A DNA stretch of 64,000 nt, taken from contig WELB01000002.1 of the NCBI GenBank assembly GCA_009602725.1, forward strand, positions 1,470,180 through 1,534,179, in the 5' to 3' direction. The DNA is from Spirogloea muscicola (lineage: Eukaryota). A program made the position numbers and the translations under genes. This document shows positions 1 to 11,660 of the stretch, piece after piece; the first letter of the stretch is position 1, and each line of letters opens with the position of its first letter. Below the pieces are notes generated by a model. That model was given only the letters and a program-made list of their open reading frames with translations, was not told the origin of the DNA and made no database searches.

Positions 1-502
<502 letters not shown>

Positions 503-591
503 TGGAGCGAGCGCGAGAGGGAGAGTGGGGGAAGGGAGGGGGGGAGGAACAGAGGCGGAGTGGAGGAGGGAACGCAGGGGCGCCTGGTCAC

Positions 592-701
592 CCGGGCAGC
601 TTGTCGACGGCAAACTCCACGCCGCCGCGCGCGAGCACGAACGTCTCGCCCTCGAACGGCACCGGCGCGCCCGCGGCGTCCAGCTGGGGGTTCGCCGCCA
701 T
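592..701 (-). CDS. First coding exon of a WBP2/UPF0664-like (GRAM/PH-fold) protein; the rest lies beyond the window start
   Basis: ATG at 701 after a (GGC)n run reads MAANPQLDAAGAPVPFEGETFVLARGGVEFAVDKLP(G), followed by donor GTGACC. This matches the recalled plant N-terminus MALNPQL..NGMPVPF..E.FVL.RDGVEFEVDKIPG. Too short for the ORF track. Confidence 0.8.
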
Positions 702-813
702 GGCCGCCGCCGCCGCCCGGAGCTCCCGGCGCGCAGGCTTGCGGCCTGGACTTCCCGCGGGGGCAGCAGCCCCCGCCGGAACGAGGGAAGGCGGTGTGCG
801 CTAAGTGATGGAG

Positions 814-872
814 TGGCCAAGTACAAAGGTAAGGACATTGACATATAAACATCACCTGCTTCTAAGCTGACC
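814..872 (-). mobile_element. Fragment of retrotransposon 3' UTR
   Basis: TGGCCAAGTACAAAGG...CACCTGCTTCTAAGCTGACC matches 24591-24650, the 3' UTR of the REL-retrotransposon copy. Confidence 0.7.
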
Positions 873-961
873 GGAGGGGAGACGGTGGTGCTGGACCGCC
901 CTTCACCCGCAAACAGTAATTACGTAACCAGTGCTTCCGATCGGGGGCGATGGCTGTGGAC

Positions 962-1230
962 GAGAGGAAGAAAGGGCTCGACCATTGAGGATATGGGCCG
1001 GAACAGCCAGCCCAAAAAAGAATGAACCAAGTACAAGAGGGGGGCTAGGCGAAGCACTAAGGAAGACGAGCACAATATGAAGCTAAGCAGCTACGAAGCA
1101 CTCAGTAACCCCTGCTGAGCAGTCGCAGGTCAGAGATGCTAGGCTGCAGGAAGGGGGTCCCCTGGCCCGCTACTGGTAGACACTTCCGGTAGCGGGCGAC
1201 AGCCATGGCCGAAGAAAGTGCTCGCCCATT
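962..1230 (-). mobile_element. 5'-truncated CRE-like non-LTR retrotransposon copy (ORF end plus 3' UTR) and a second 3'-end stub
   Basis: Minus strand encodes ...SDLRLLSRGY* (stop at 1102). The UTR ends GGGCTGGCTGTTCCGGCCC..CAATGGTCGAGCCC plus a pyrimidine tail, homologous to copies at 50458-50636, 54961-55139 and 63660-64000. Confidence 0.8.
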
Positions 1231-1699
1231 CCCCTTGGGAATAAGAATCTGCTTTTTGTGAAAGCATCTCTCTACTATTGCTCTCTGATGAACGCCCCGT
1301 CCTGGAACCAACTGTGGCCATCAAAGACCACCACGTGTGTGCCCGTCAACCAGCCTCCGCAGGCGCTGCAGGTCAGCCAGGACCCGCTTGATCCCAGCAA
1401 GCACCGCAAATTGCTTCTTTGCACATGCAAGCCTGGCCTTGTGAGTAAGTGGACCTTCTGCTAGCGGTGCTGCTCCCAACAGTCCGAGGTGGAATATGCT
1501 GGTAGCATGGCTTCAAGCTCCCAAGTCTCCTTAGAGAACACAGCATAAATGGAGGTACAATTTACAAGTATGCTTTCAAATTAGCATGTGATGACAAAGG
1601 GCCGGACCACTGCCTTCATTCTAAGCAGGGGATCACATGACAAGCTTAAGCTGTTAATGGACCTAAGGTGTGCCCATGCGCAGGCAGGAGGGTGAGAGC

Positions 1700-4600
1700 T
1701 CATGCCAGCGTTGCCTGTGAGCGCTCCTCAAGGCTCGCAAGAACCTCATATCCAGCTGGGCGACCCCCAAGGACCTGCTCTACGCTGGCAACGCTCTGCC
1801 CAAAGTAAGCATCCAGACCGCGCTCCTTGGGCAGGCCAACCAGCTGCTCCAGGCCGTACTTGGCAACCACCACGAGCGTGCAGGCCAGCACAACGAGCAT
1901 CTGGAGCTCAGGGTCGTCCCCGCGCACAAAGAAGAAGGCCACCATGACCGCAAGGTAGAGGCAGAGCAGCGCCCGCATCACCCGCAGAACCAGCGCAATC
2001 AGCTTGCCATCGGTCGCCAGAGGGAGGCTGTGGGACCTGCATGATGACGGGCTCCGCTTTCAGAACGTGCTTATGCCTTGCAAAACGACATTCTTACACA
2101 AGTAGATGGTGGTACAAAGAGAGTGTGAACAGGGCATGTACCTCGAGCGGTATGTGTAGAGGAAGTTGTACTTATCAACAGCATAGCGGTATCCAAAGAA
2201 TAGGACCCCGAAGGGAAGGACCATTGGTGCGACAGTGCAATTGAGAAGTGCCATCGCAAACGCCGTGAGGTTGTACGAGTGGTAGCTGGCAAAGTCAAAG
2301 TTAAACCCCGTGTCTGCTTCCTTAACGTAGCCAGGCCCAGATGTGGGGTACTGGTTGAGGACCTGCTCAGCAGGGGGGTGCTCAGTGTGAGGCTGGACGA
2401 TGTTTAGGGGGGCGCCATGCTCCTCGTCCTCCTCAGCTGCCGAGCTCCGTAAGGCGTCTTGCGCAACATTGACAGCCCTTGCAGCGGTCTCGTCATCCGA
2501 GGATGGTTGCTGCAGCACGCTAGGCGCCGGCAGCTTGCTACCAAGCAGCGCCTGAAAGTGGCGGGCCAGCCACGGGATGGGCGACAGGAGATCAAAGGAG
2601 ATGCCCAGCAGGGCGCTTGTGATGAGAAAAGCAATCGCCGACAGCGCCGAGCTCCCAATGAAAGTGCTGCAACATGCGCCCAGCACACAGAGCACTGACA
2701 GCGTCAAAGAGCAGCAATTACCGCATCTTCTTCTTCCAAAAGCAGCGCAGGCGACAGTCTCTAGGCAACGTCCGCACCCCGCACTTCGCCAGGCCCCCAC
2801 GCCCAAGGTGCACAACGTTGTGCGAAACTAAGCACCTGTTCACAAGATTGTGGCGGTCACACTCCTTCCGGTGAGTGGCGCACCTGTTCACAAGATTGTG
2901 GCGGTCACACTCCTTCGGGTGAGTGGCGCACCAGCCAAAATCAAGAATAACTGCCTCCAGGGTGGTCTCAACCAGAGCCTGTACAGTCATTGTCAGGCTT
3001 GGGTAAGACACCAAGCTGCGGCTGATCTGGGCTCTCAAAGCAAGTAACACACAATGTGACTAGCTGTCTTGGTGTCCCTGTGTTCCATGCGGTACAAAGC
3101 GTTGGACAATGGGTCAAGCACTTCTCAGCTACATCGTTGGTCGCAAATTTTGCAACAGTGGGCAAGTAACAGTATTCGTGACTGCTTGCCTTAAGCACGA
3201 GCAGGTTGAGGAGGTAAAAGGAGACCATCTTGAGGAGCACAGCCTGCTGCTCGCCAGAGACGGTGAGGTGACGCTCAAACTTAGACAGGCGCTGTAGCGC
3301 AGCCGGGATGGCCATGTACATGGCGACGAAGATGAGCACATTAGGCAAGAACTGGAAGACCACTGCCGATCCCCAGCTGGAGCCCTGGGGCAACGCAGAG
3401 CATACGCAGGCGCCCCATTATGGTCAGAAATCGATGAAAACAAAGTCCAGCGATAGCAAATAGCAGCGTAGATTTCTGAGGAGGTGAGCACATGTGGACC
3501 AGATGGCTCTGCTCACTTTTGCCCATGACAGGAGGGCGTGGAAATGCTCCAGAGCCTCGGGATCAAGGCGCTGTGCAGCTGAGTTGATGGCAGTCAACAT
3601 GGCGAGCGGCGAGGACCAGAAGACCAACACGACGAACACCATCAGATTCACTGCCCAGCTGCGCACGCGGCGGCCAGCGGCGCTCGTGCCAACGTGGTGC
3701 CACTGGACCTTGCCAGGCGGCGGGGCGCGACTGACTTGCCACCGCCATGTCACAAGGTCAGCCCTCCTCCTGCATGGCGCCACATAACAGAATCACCTCC
3801 TTTCAGAACTCATATACGAGTTACTATTGAACAAATCCAATTACACGAATATACGGAACAACGTCAGATGTTAGAGATCAATTTTCTGGGCTGGGCAGAC
3901 AAGTTGGGTTGTCACGGCAGTACAACCCAGCTTCAGTACTGCTGTTTGCACATCCACTCAGGGCACAGTCACACAAGAAGCTAGATGTTAGAGGAACCAC
4001 CTCCTCTTCCAGCTGGCATCATGGAGCGCACGGGTAGCCGTGAAGACATCCCGAAAAATCACGAAGGCGACCCCTGCGCCACGGGCCTTGCCCTGCCTGT
4101 ACAGGCTGACATCAGCCTCCAGGACCTGTATGCGACTCTCCAGCCATCGCACCTCATCCCGCCAGCTCCACGCGCCACAAGGCCAGAACCACCGCCGCCA
4201 GGCACCATTGCCCTGGTGGAGCAACCGCTGCGCAAATGGCGGCAGTGGCGGCCATTGCCAATGCCGTAGCGCCTTCAAGCAGCTGCAACCGCTCGCGGCA
4301 CGCTGGCTGCAAATGAGCTCCTCCTCTTCCTCGGCAATGGACAAGCCGAACTCGTCCTCGCCATCAACGTGGCTGGCGCTGGCCAGCGGCTGGTAGAGGC
4401 CCGAATCGCTGCCGTTGACACCACTTCCGGCTCCTCTCTCGCCGCCGCCGTGGAGGTCCTCCCAATACCTCGTCGAGACCACCGCAGCTGCAGTGGCCTC
4501 TGAGGCCCGCACCTGTGCGTATGCAAGCTGCCGGTGGGCGTCCAGCAGCTGGCGACGGACGTGGAGGAAGGAGCAGATGTCGTGCGGCACGTGGACCTGG

Positions 4601-5960
4601 TACACCTTGCCCGGGTACAGGTGCTCAAAGTACTCTACAAGCGCCTGCACGACAAGATCGCCACAGACCCTAATTGACGTCTTTAAGCAGATCCCTTAGT
4701 GGGCTGATACATATACTACCAATATATATCACATATTGTCTGGATGAGGGTGGTCAAAGAGACAGTGGTTCCTTCCGCAGGCCAAGGGCTGGTCCAACCA
4801 GTCAGCACGGACACACTCACCTGCTTCTCCATCGCCAGGCCTCGGGGGACACCATGCACGAGAATTGTGAAAGCCGAAATGCTGCCGGATGCGTCGCTCT
4901 CCTGGAACTTTGAGGACTGGAGTTGCTTGTCAATCCTGCCGCCAACAAAGATGGACGATCAGTATCTGCAAGTTATGCTCTGCCAAAGGCATACATGCTG
5001 CAGAAGGACAGCCATCCAGAAGCTCAACCTGAAGTCCAAATGGGAAGCTCAACCTGGCAATGGAGAAGTGGACGAGTGCGGCGACGAAGACGGTGAAGGT
5101 GACATGCGCCCAGAGCAGCCAGGAGCCAGGGCGGATGTGCAGGACAGTCGCCTGCGCAAACTGGTCGTGGAGGTGGGCGTGGCCGGCGTAGACATTGAGC
5201 GGAAGGAGGAGGAAGAAGCCTGGAATGGCTAGCCCAAGCAGCGTGAGCGCCGTATTCCGCTGCATCCAGGGAATTCGCTGTTTCAGTCAAGGTATGATCG
5301 CCCTTGACGAAAAGTTAGCTGGTCCTGTTCAAAGTACTCAGCATGTCCTGATCATACTGAGGCCAACAGCGAAAGAATCAAAGCAAGGCGGCACACCTGG
5401 AGGGCCAGGTAGTCACTGGCGTCAGCGCCGCAGAGCATGGCAATCTGCTCGTCGGTGGCACGCCATATGGCGAGCAGCTTGGTGAGCAGGTCGCGCGGCG
5501 CAGGGAGGCGGTGGTCGTCCTGGAGCTTCACGAACAGGAAGAGCACGACACACTGCGTGCATACGGCACCCAGGGTGAGATTACCGATTCAGACAAACCT
5601 CGAGAACGAGTTCAGCTTTCATATACCCCTGGCTGCGCTGCTCACAGCAAGCCACAATCTGGCGCATGTATCGCAACCAAGCCGTGGCCGCCGGAAACAG
5701 ACAATGTCTTGATCATCCTACTCCAAGTAACTTGAGCTGTTGGTGAGATATCGGTTCTTTAGCAGGAATTCTCTTGATTGGTCGCCAAGCGAGGCAGCTC
5801 GGCCGGGCTATGCTTGCACCGTGAGGCCGCCGAGGGCGCTGATGTTGACGAGGTAGGCGATGCTGCTGCCGCCGTAGGGCGGCAAGGGCGGCAGCGATGG
5901 CGACGGCGCCGCTGCGCCGAAAGCGCCCCAAGCCAAGGACGGCGACGACGACGGCTGCAT
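1700..5960 (-). CDS. CSC1/OSCA-family calcium-permeable channel, OSCA4.1/GFS10 clade (multi-exon)
   Basis: Exons encode [101 protein letters not shown] and [12 protein letters not shown]. Probable ATG at 5960, TGA at 1700-1702. Confidence 0.92.
2832..2932 (-). repeat. 48-bp tandem duplication spanning an exon end and splice donor in the OSCA gene
   Basis: 2832-2879 and 2880-2927 are identical except for one base. They read [16 protein letters not shown] and [16 protein letters not shown] in frame. Confidence 0.95.
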
Positions 5961-6286
5961 GACGGCCACCGCCGGCGCGGCACGGCGGGGCCCCGGCCGG
6001 CGGCCCTGGGTCCGCTACGGCAGCCGCAGTGGGAGGCCGCTCAGTGGAGGCCCGCCACGCACGTCGCCAGAGCCCGCCGGACGACCTGCGCCGCCTGCTG
6101 CGGAGGCCCTCCTGGCGTGGAGGAGCGCAGCGGGGGCGGCGATTGAGCCCGCCCTCATCGCCAATGTGGCCACGATATGCCGCGCGCCGGGCCATGGCCA
6201 TCAGGCAACCCGCCGTGGCCGCCGCCGCCGCCACGTCCGCCGCCGCCGCCGTCGCCGCCTCGAGGCTGCGGGAAGGCGCGCCCGCG

Positions 6287-6694
6287 NNNNNNNNNNNNNN
6301 NNNNNNNNNNNNNNNNNNNNNNNNNNNNNNNNNNNNNNNNNNNNNNNNNNNNNNNNNNNNNNNNNNNNNNNNNNNNNNNNNNNNNNNNNNNNNNNNNNNN
6401 NNNNNNNNNNNNNNNNNNNNNNNNNNNNNNNNNNNNNNNNNNNNNNNNNNNNNNNNNNNNNNNNNNNNNNNNNNNNNNNNNNNNNNNNNNNNNNNNNNNN
6501 NNNNNNNNNNNNNNNNNNNNNNNNNNNNNNNNNNNNNNNNNNNNNNNNNNNNNNNNNNNNNNNNNNNNNNNNNNNNNNNNNNNNNNNNNNNNNNNNNNNN
6601 NNNNNNNNNNNNNNNNNNNNNNNNNNNNNNNNNNNNNNNNNNNNNNNNNNNNNNNNNNNNNNNNNNNNNNNNNNNNNNNNNNNNNNNNNNNNNN
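6287..6694. other. Assembly gap inside a GC-rich divergent promoter
   Basis: Run of N. Confidence 0.99.
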
Positions 6695-6856
6695 CCGCAG
6701 GCCCGCCGCGGAGCGCGCCGCAGGTCCCGCCCTCGCCTGCCTCCGCGCGCGACCTCCGCCGCTCCGCCATCCCCGTCGCGGAAAGCCGCGCCAGGCTTCC
6801 CCGCTCGCTCTCGGGGCTACGTCGTCCCGACCGAGGCTGCCGCTGCTGCCGGAGAG

Positions 6857-8073
6857 ATGCTCGCGCTCAGGCACGGCGCGGGCGCCGCCCTGCGGACCCG
6901 CACCGCCACCGGAGCCGCCGCCGCCGCCGCCGCGCCGGGGCTCCTGTCGCGGAACTACCACGAGAACGTGGTCGACCACTACAACAACCCGCGCAACGTG
7001 GGGTCGTTCGACAAGGCGGCGGAAGACGTCGGCACGGGCCTCGTCGGCGCGCCCGCCTGCGGAGATGTCATGAAGCTCCAGATCCGCGTCGACGACCGCG
7101 GCACCATCGTCGACTCCTGCTTCAAGACCTTCGGTTGCGGCTCCGCCATCGCCTCATCCTCCGTTGGTGAGCTTGTGCTTCCCCACAACCCCCGCTTGGT
7201 TGCTGCCACTGTCTCCGAGCAACCTTATCTGGCAGTGACGGGCAGGGAGGTCAGCGCCGACCTCTAGTAGAGTCAGTCGCTTGCCGTCTGGCAACCACCT
7301 GGTGGCAGCATCGGATGGGTATTGTGGCACTTGTTCCTCGTCTCGTGTTGAGCTTCGCCTGTAAGTGCGCTTGTATGTCATAGTCATGGTTTTCAGCCTC
7401 TTGATGACTCGCTTCTAACTCACACCTCGAGAGCTTCTTCTTGTCTGCTGACGCGTGAAGACTCCTCCTCAGTTGCCCTTCTCGCTGTTGTTGGTGTGCA
7501 GCCACGGATTGGATCAAGGGCAAGACATTAGATGAGGTGGTGACCATCAAGAACAGGTGCACATGCTTGCGGTTACTGAGCTGTCACTGAAGCTTATCGC
7601 TATATTCTGCATAGGGACCTACTATGGTAGAGCTGGTCAATATCTCTCATGGGGATCATTATTGTGCACGAATTGTCAACTATGCTTTGCTCGGTGCGAA
7701 GTGAAGTTTACCTACGTCCATTCACCTTTTAGCCTGGTAGTAGCCCATGCTGCATAAAAGAACCGCTCGGACATCACTAGATTGCTCAGAAAGACTGAGA
7801 TGTAGTCGCGTGCTCTGTGAATTTGGCTGCTGACGCTGAATGCTCATGTGCAGTCAAATTGCCAAACACCTGTCGCTGCCACCCGTGAAGCTGCACTGCA
7901 GCATGCTGGCCGAGGACGCTATCAAGGCCGCGGTGGCAGACTACAAGGCCAAACTGGCAAAGCTTGCCCAGGAAAAGGGTGTTGGACGTGTGGCAGCTGA
8001 GGAGAGGATTGATGAGAAGGTTGTGCGTGCAGCCGTTGCAGAGCAAGAGGCCAAGTTCCAGCAAGCGGCATGA
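6857..8073 (+). CDS. ISU1: Mitochondrial iron-sulfur cluster scaffold protein IscU/ISU1 (3 exons: 6857-7166, 7502-7556, 7854-8073)
   Basis: YHENVVDHYNNPRNVGS, GLVGAPACGDVMKLQI, FKTFGCGSAIASSS and LSLPPVKLHCSMLAEDAIKAA. Arg/Ala-rich presequence; GT-AG introns in consistent phase. Confidence 0.97.
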
Positions 8074-8993
8074 TGGCCAGGAGTTGCTTCTCTTTGGAGA
8101 CAGAACTTTTGCTAACACGTAGGGTGTAGCATGTACACAGCACATCAGCTGCTTTCGAGAGTGCGCAGGCATCAAGGGCCGTGAATGATGTCCTAGGCTG
8201 TAAACTCGTTGGACCAGGATTAGCAAGATCAACTAGCACAGTGGTGTGCCTCCTGTACATCAGGTGCTGGTGGCACTTTCCTTTTATCAGATGCCTGTGT
8301 CAGGTTTTCTGGCAGCTGCCTTTTCAAAGAGCAAGTCAGGCTGCTGCTGTGCCTTGTCAAATCTTCTACCTTTAGGGAATTCAGAAGCAGGATGCTGCTT
8401 AACTCTGTGACATAATACTCGATGGCTGTCTGCACCTTACTGCAGCCTGTGTGTTCCACATCATTCCCATGATGTTCGAGGGTGGTAGTTGGGTAGGCGT
8501 CAGTCTTGGTTCAAACCCCTTCCTCGAGCGAACGATAGTGGTCCTTTGTTATTAAAACCATCTTGTATTCTTCTAAAATAGTTCTGCTTTATGTAATAGA
8601 GGGATATATGCGCGTCTCCTTACTTCAAACGCCCTCTCAGTGCCCTTCTCATAATGTGCAACTTCACCGCAACCACAGTAATGAAAATGTGACACTGGTT
8701 GCGAGCACTCCTTCCCAAGCCAGTTCATTTGTCACCTGCTGCTTGTTATGCGGGAGGTTCTTGTTGTGTCATGCCAAGGTGGTCAGACAGTTGCAAGCAA
8801 GCAAAAACGGTGGAGCTACTTGCAGGAAAATGCTATTCTCCATAATGAGATGACACAAAGGGCCTCGACTTGTGCAGCTCTTCAGGCCATTAAATTCTTT
8901 GTTTTAATTTGCTTTCTTCGGACCAAGTTAACTAAGATATTCGTCAAAATTGAGGCCATTTGAGTGCAGGAATTGACCCACATGGCAAGCTTG

Positions 8994-11190
8994 TCACTCC
9001 CACTCCTTCTCCGCTTCCTCGGCGGAGGGCGGCCGCAAGACCATGATGACCTTTCCGAGGCACAAATTGCCCTCCTTTGCGGCTTGCCCGCCACTCTTCA
9101 GTGCCAGCTTACCGTTGCCGTCGGTCGTCGCAACAACAAAAAAGCTCAGGCCGTCAAGCTCCTGATTTGCGCGGTCCACGAGCACGAGCCCAGGGCCAAG
9201 CCCTTTGCCGCTGATTGATGGCAACCCGCCCACGTCCTCGACCTCCAGGGCTACAGTGGCGGGCGCAGAGGTGAGCGCTGGCCACGCTGGGACGGCCACC
9301 CAGCGATGACCCGGCGAGGATGCGAAGATACGGAAGGGGTTGGACTCGTCGAATGAGTCGACCGTAGGTGCAGCCTCCAGCGCAGCCTGGTCCACTTCCT
9401 CCAGTGTGCCGACAACTGGCAGTGCACAGGCTGCGAGCCAGAAGCAGGAGGAGGTCAGTATGCGCAGGCCTCAGACTTTAGTTGCAGGCTAGCGCACCAG
9501 TGAATAAATACTGAGCAAGATGACAAGGGCGACACTCTGCAAGGTCGACAGCACACCTGCGGACTCGTCGCCAGCCAGGCGGATGACCTGCAGCATGGCC
9601 TCCACCTCAGGAATGTCATCTACGCCCACCTCCTCCGTGCCCAGTGCCTGGCGTAGCTTCTTCCGGGCCTTCTCCGACACGGCGAAGCTCAGCGCCTGGA
9701 CCCACACTCCGCGCCAACAGCAACGATGCAAATTGCTGATTGCCCCTTGCCAAATGCCATGGCGCTTGCAGCAAGCCAAGTGTGGCAATATAGAGTCCCC
9801 ACGCTGCAGCAGGCAGCAACGAAGGCTCACCTTCTCCAGCGTCGCCTTCTGCGCCCCCTCGCCACGGGCCTCCTTGTGCTGACGGTAGTATGCATATGCG
9901 AGCGCGTCACCTGGCGCAGCCGAGAAGGACGACCTGCCCTCCTCACGCCCCCGCCGCTCATAGTCCTGAGAACGAGCACGCCAGCCGCAAGAAGGTGGCA
10001 TCAGCAAGGGCAAAGGCATTCCATGACCAAGGGCACTCTGCTGGACCGAAAAAGGCCGCCACCGACAGCATTGCATCACCAGACCCAGCACCAGATATCG
10101 AGGACAGACTCTGAATGCTCCACTGTGACCTGCAAAGCGCAAATCTGGACCAGGCGACCGTCCTTCGACGACTCATCGACAAGCAGAGCCGCGCGTAGGT
10201 GCCGCAGATCACACCTTCATGCAGCGGGCCACCTCACGGCAGCCCTTGGCATCGAGGCCTGCCTCGATCGCGTACTCTGCAGCTGATCTCCGCCCCTCCG
10301 CCGACAGCACCCGCAGCTCGTATAGCAGCTCTGCGTCAGCCCCACTTCAGGACCTCAGCGGCAGGCCTCTGCCGCCATCCACAGCAGGCGAGGCCGACCG
10401 CGGTGCGACGCTCGACCAGGATGCGGCAGCCCAGATCCGGCCCAGTCCTGGCTGCAGAAGTGGCCTTCGGTGATTGCATCACCACTGGCTACCTCGGGCC
10501 AAGGCAGGCCTTCGTTGCGGAGGCGCTACCAGGCACGTCCTCAACTTTGGCAAGCTGTATGTTTGATGGTGAGAGGGAGCGAAGTAGAGAGGGGAAAAGT
10601 ATGGAGCGGAGCTGAGAAGGAGAGGAGAAGGAGAGAGGAGGAGAGGAAAGAGGAGAGGAGCCAGAGGAGGGAGCGAGTGGCTATCCCCCGACCTGCGCCG
10701 CTGTTGTCGAACTCGGCGAGCTTGTCGGGCTCCAGGCCGCTGGACTTGAGGGAGTTGTAGACCTGCAGCGCCACGACGATGGCGTTCTGCTCCACGCCGG
10801 TGAGCCCCGTCGCCTCCTCGATCGCCGCTGAGCCAGCGGCACAGGCGCGAGGGCCCGGGCGGCGAGCCCGCGCGGCGGCTGTGAGCCCTCGGAGCTCGCA
10901 GGCCGGCCTCGACGGCGAGCAAGGCCATCGCCAGAGGCGGCGGCGGAGACGGCGGCGGCGGCGCTCACGGGAGGTGTAGCCGGCGCGGTTGAGGGCGGGG
11001 ATGAGCGGCGCGTACTCGTGCCAGAGGCCGCGGCGGTCGCGCAGCACCTCGAGGTGCTCCTCGGGCGAGCCGCGCACCTCCTCCGTCCCGAAGCTCCCCG
11101 ACGGCCGCGTGAACGGCAGGTAGAACCCGCCCTCCGGCGGCGCGCCGCCGCCGCCGCCGCCGCCGCCGCCGGGCTGTCCGCCGCCGGGCT
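8994..11190 (-). CDS. RAF1: Rubisco accumulation factor 1 (5' end lies in the gap)
   Basis: LEVLRDRRGLWHEYAPLIPALNRAGYTS, IEEATGLTGVEQNAIVVALQVYNSL, FSAAPGDALAY, WVAVPAWP and C-terminal GKVIMVLRPP..EWE*. Confidence 0.93.
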
Positions 11191-11660
11191 NNNNNNNNNN
11201 NNNNNNNNNNNNNNNNNNNNNNNNNNNNNNNNNNNNNNNNNNNNNNNNNNNNNNNNNNNNNNNNNNNNNNNNNNNNNNNNNNNNNNNNNNNNNNNNNNNN
11301 NNNNNNNNNNNNNNNNNNNNNNNNNNNNNNNNNNNNNNNNNNNNNNNNNNNNNNNNNNNNNNNNNNNNNNNNNNNNNNNNNNNNNNNNNNNNNNNNNNNN
11401 NNNNNNNNNNNNNNNNNNNNNNNNNNNNNNNNNNNNNNNNNNNNNNNNNNNNNNNNNNNNNNNNNNNNNNNNNNNNNNNNNNNNNNNNNNNNNNNNNNNN
11501 NNNNNNNNNNNNNNNNNNNNNNNNNNNNNNNNNNNNNNNNNNNNNNNNNNNNNNNNNNNNNNNNNNNNNNNNNNNNNNNNNNNNNNNNNNNNNNNNNNNN
11601 NNNNNNNNNNNNNNNNNNNNNNNNNNNNNNNNNNNNNNNNNNNNNNNNNNNNNNNNNNNN
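11191..11660. other. Assembly gap hiding the starts of RAF1 and DHQ synthase II
   Basis: Run of N with divergent coding frames entering from both sides. Confidence 0.99.

Noticed and set aside
8476..8527. tRNA-like or B-box sequence (TCGAGG..GGTTCAAACCC..CCTCGA)
   Set aside because: Only about 52 nt, with no anticodon arm and no proper T-stem; single occurrence.
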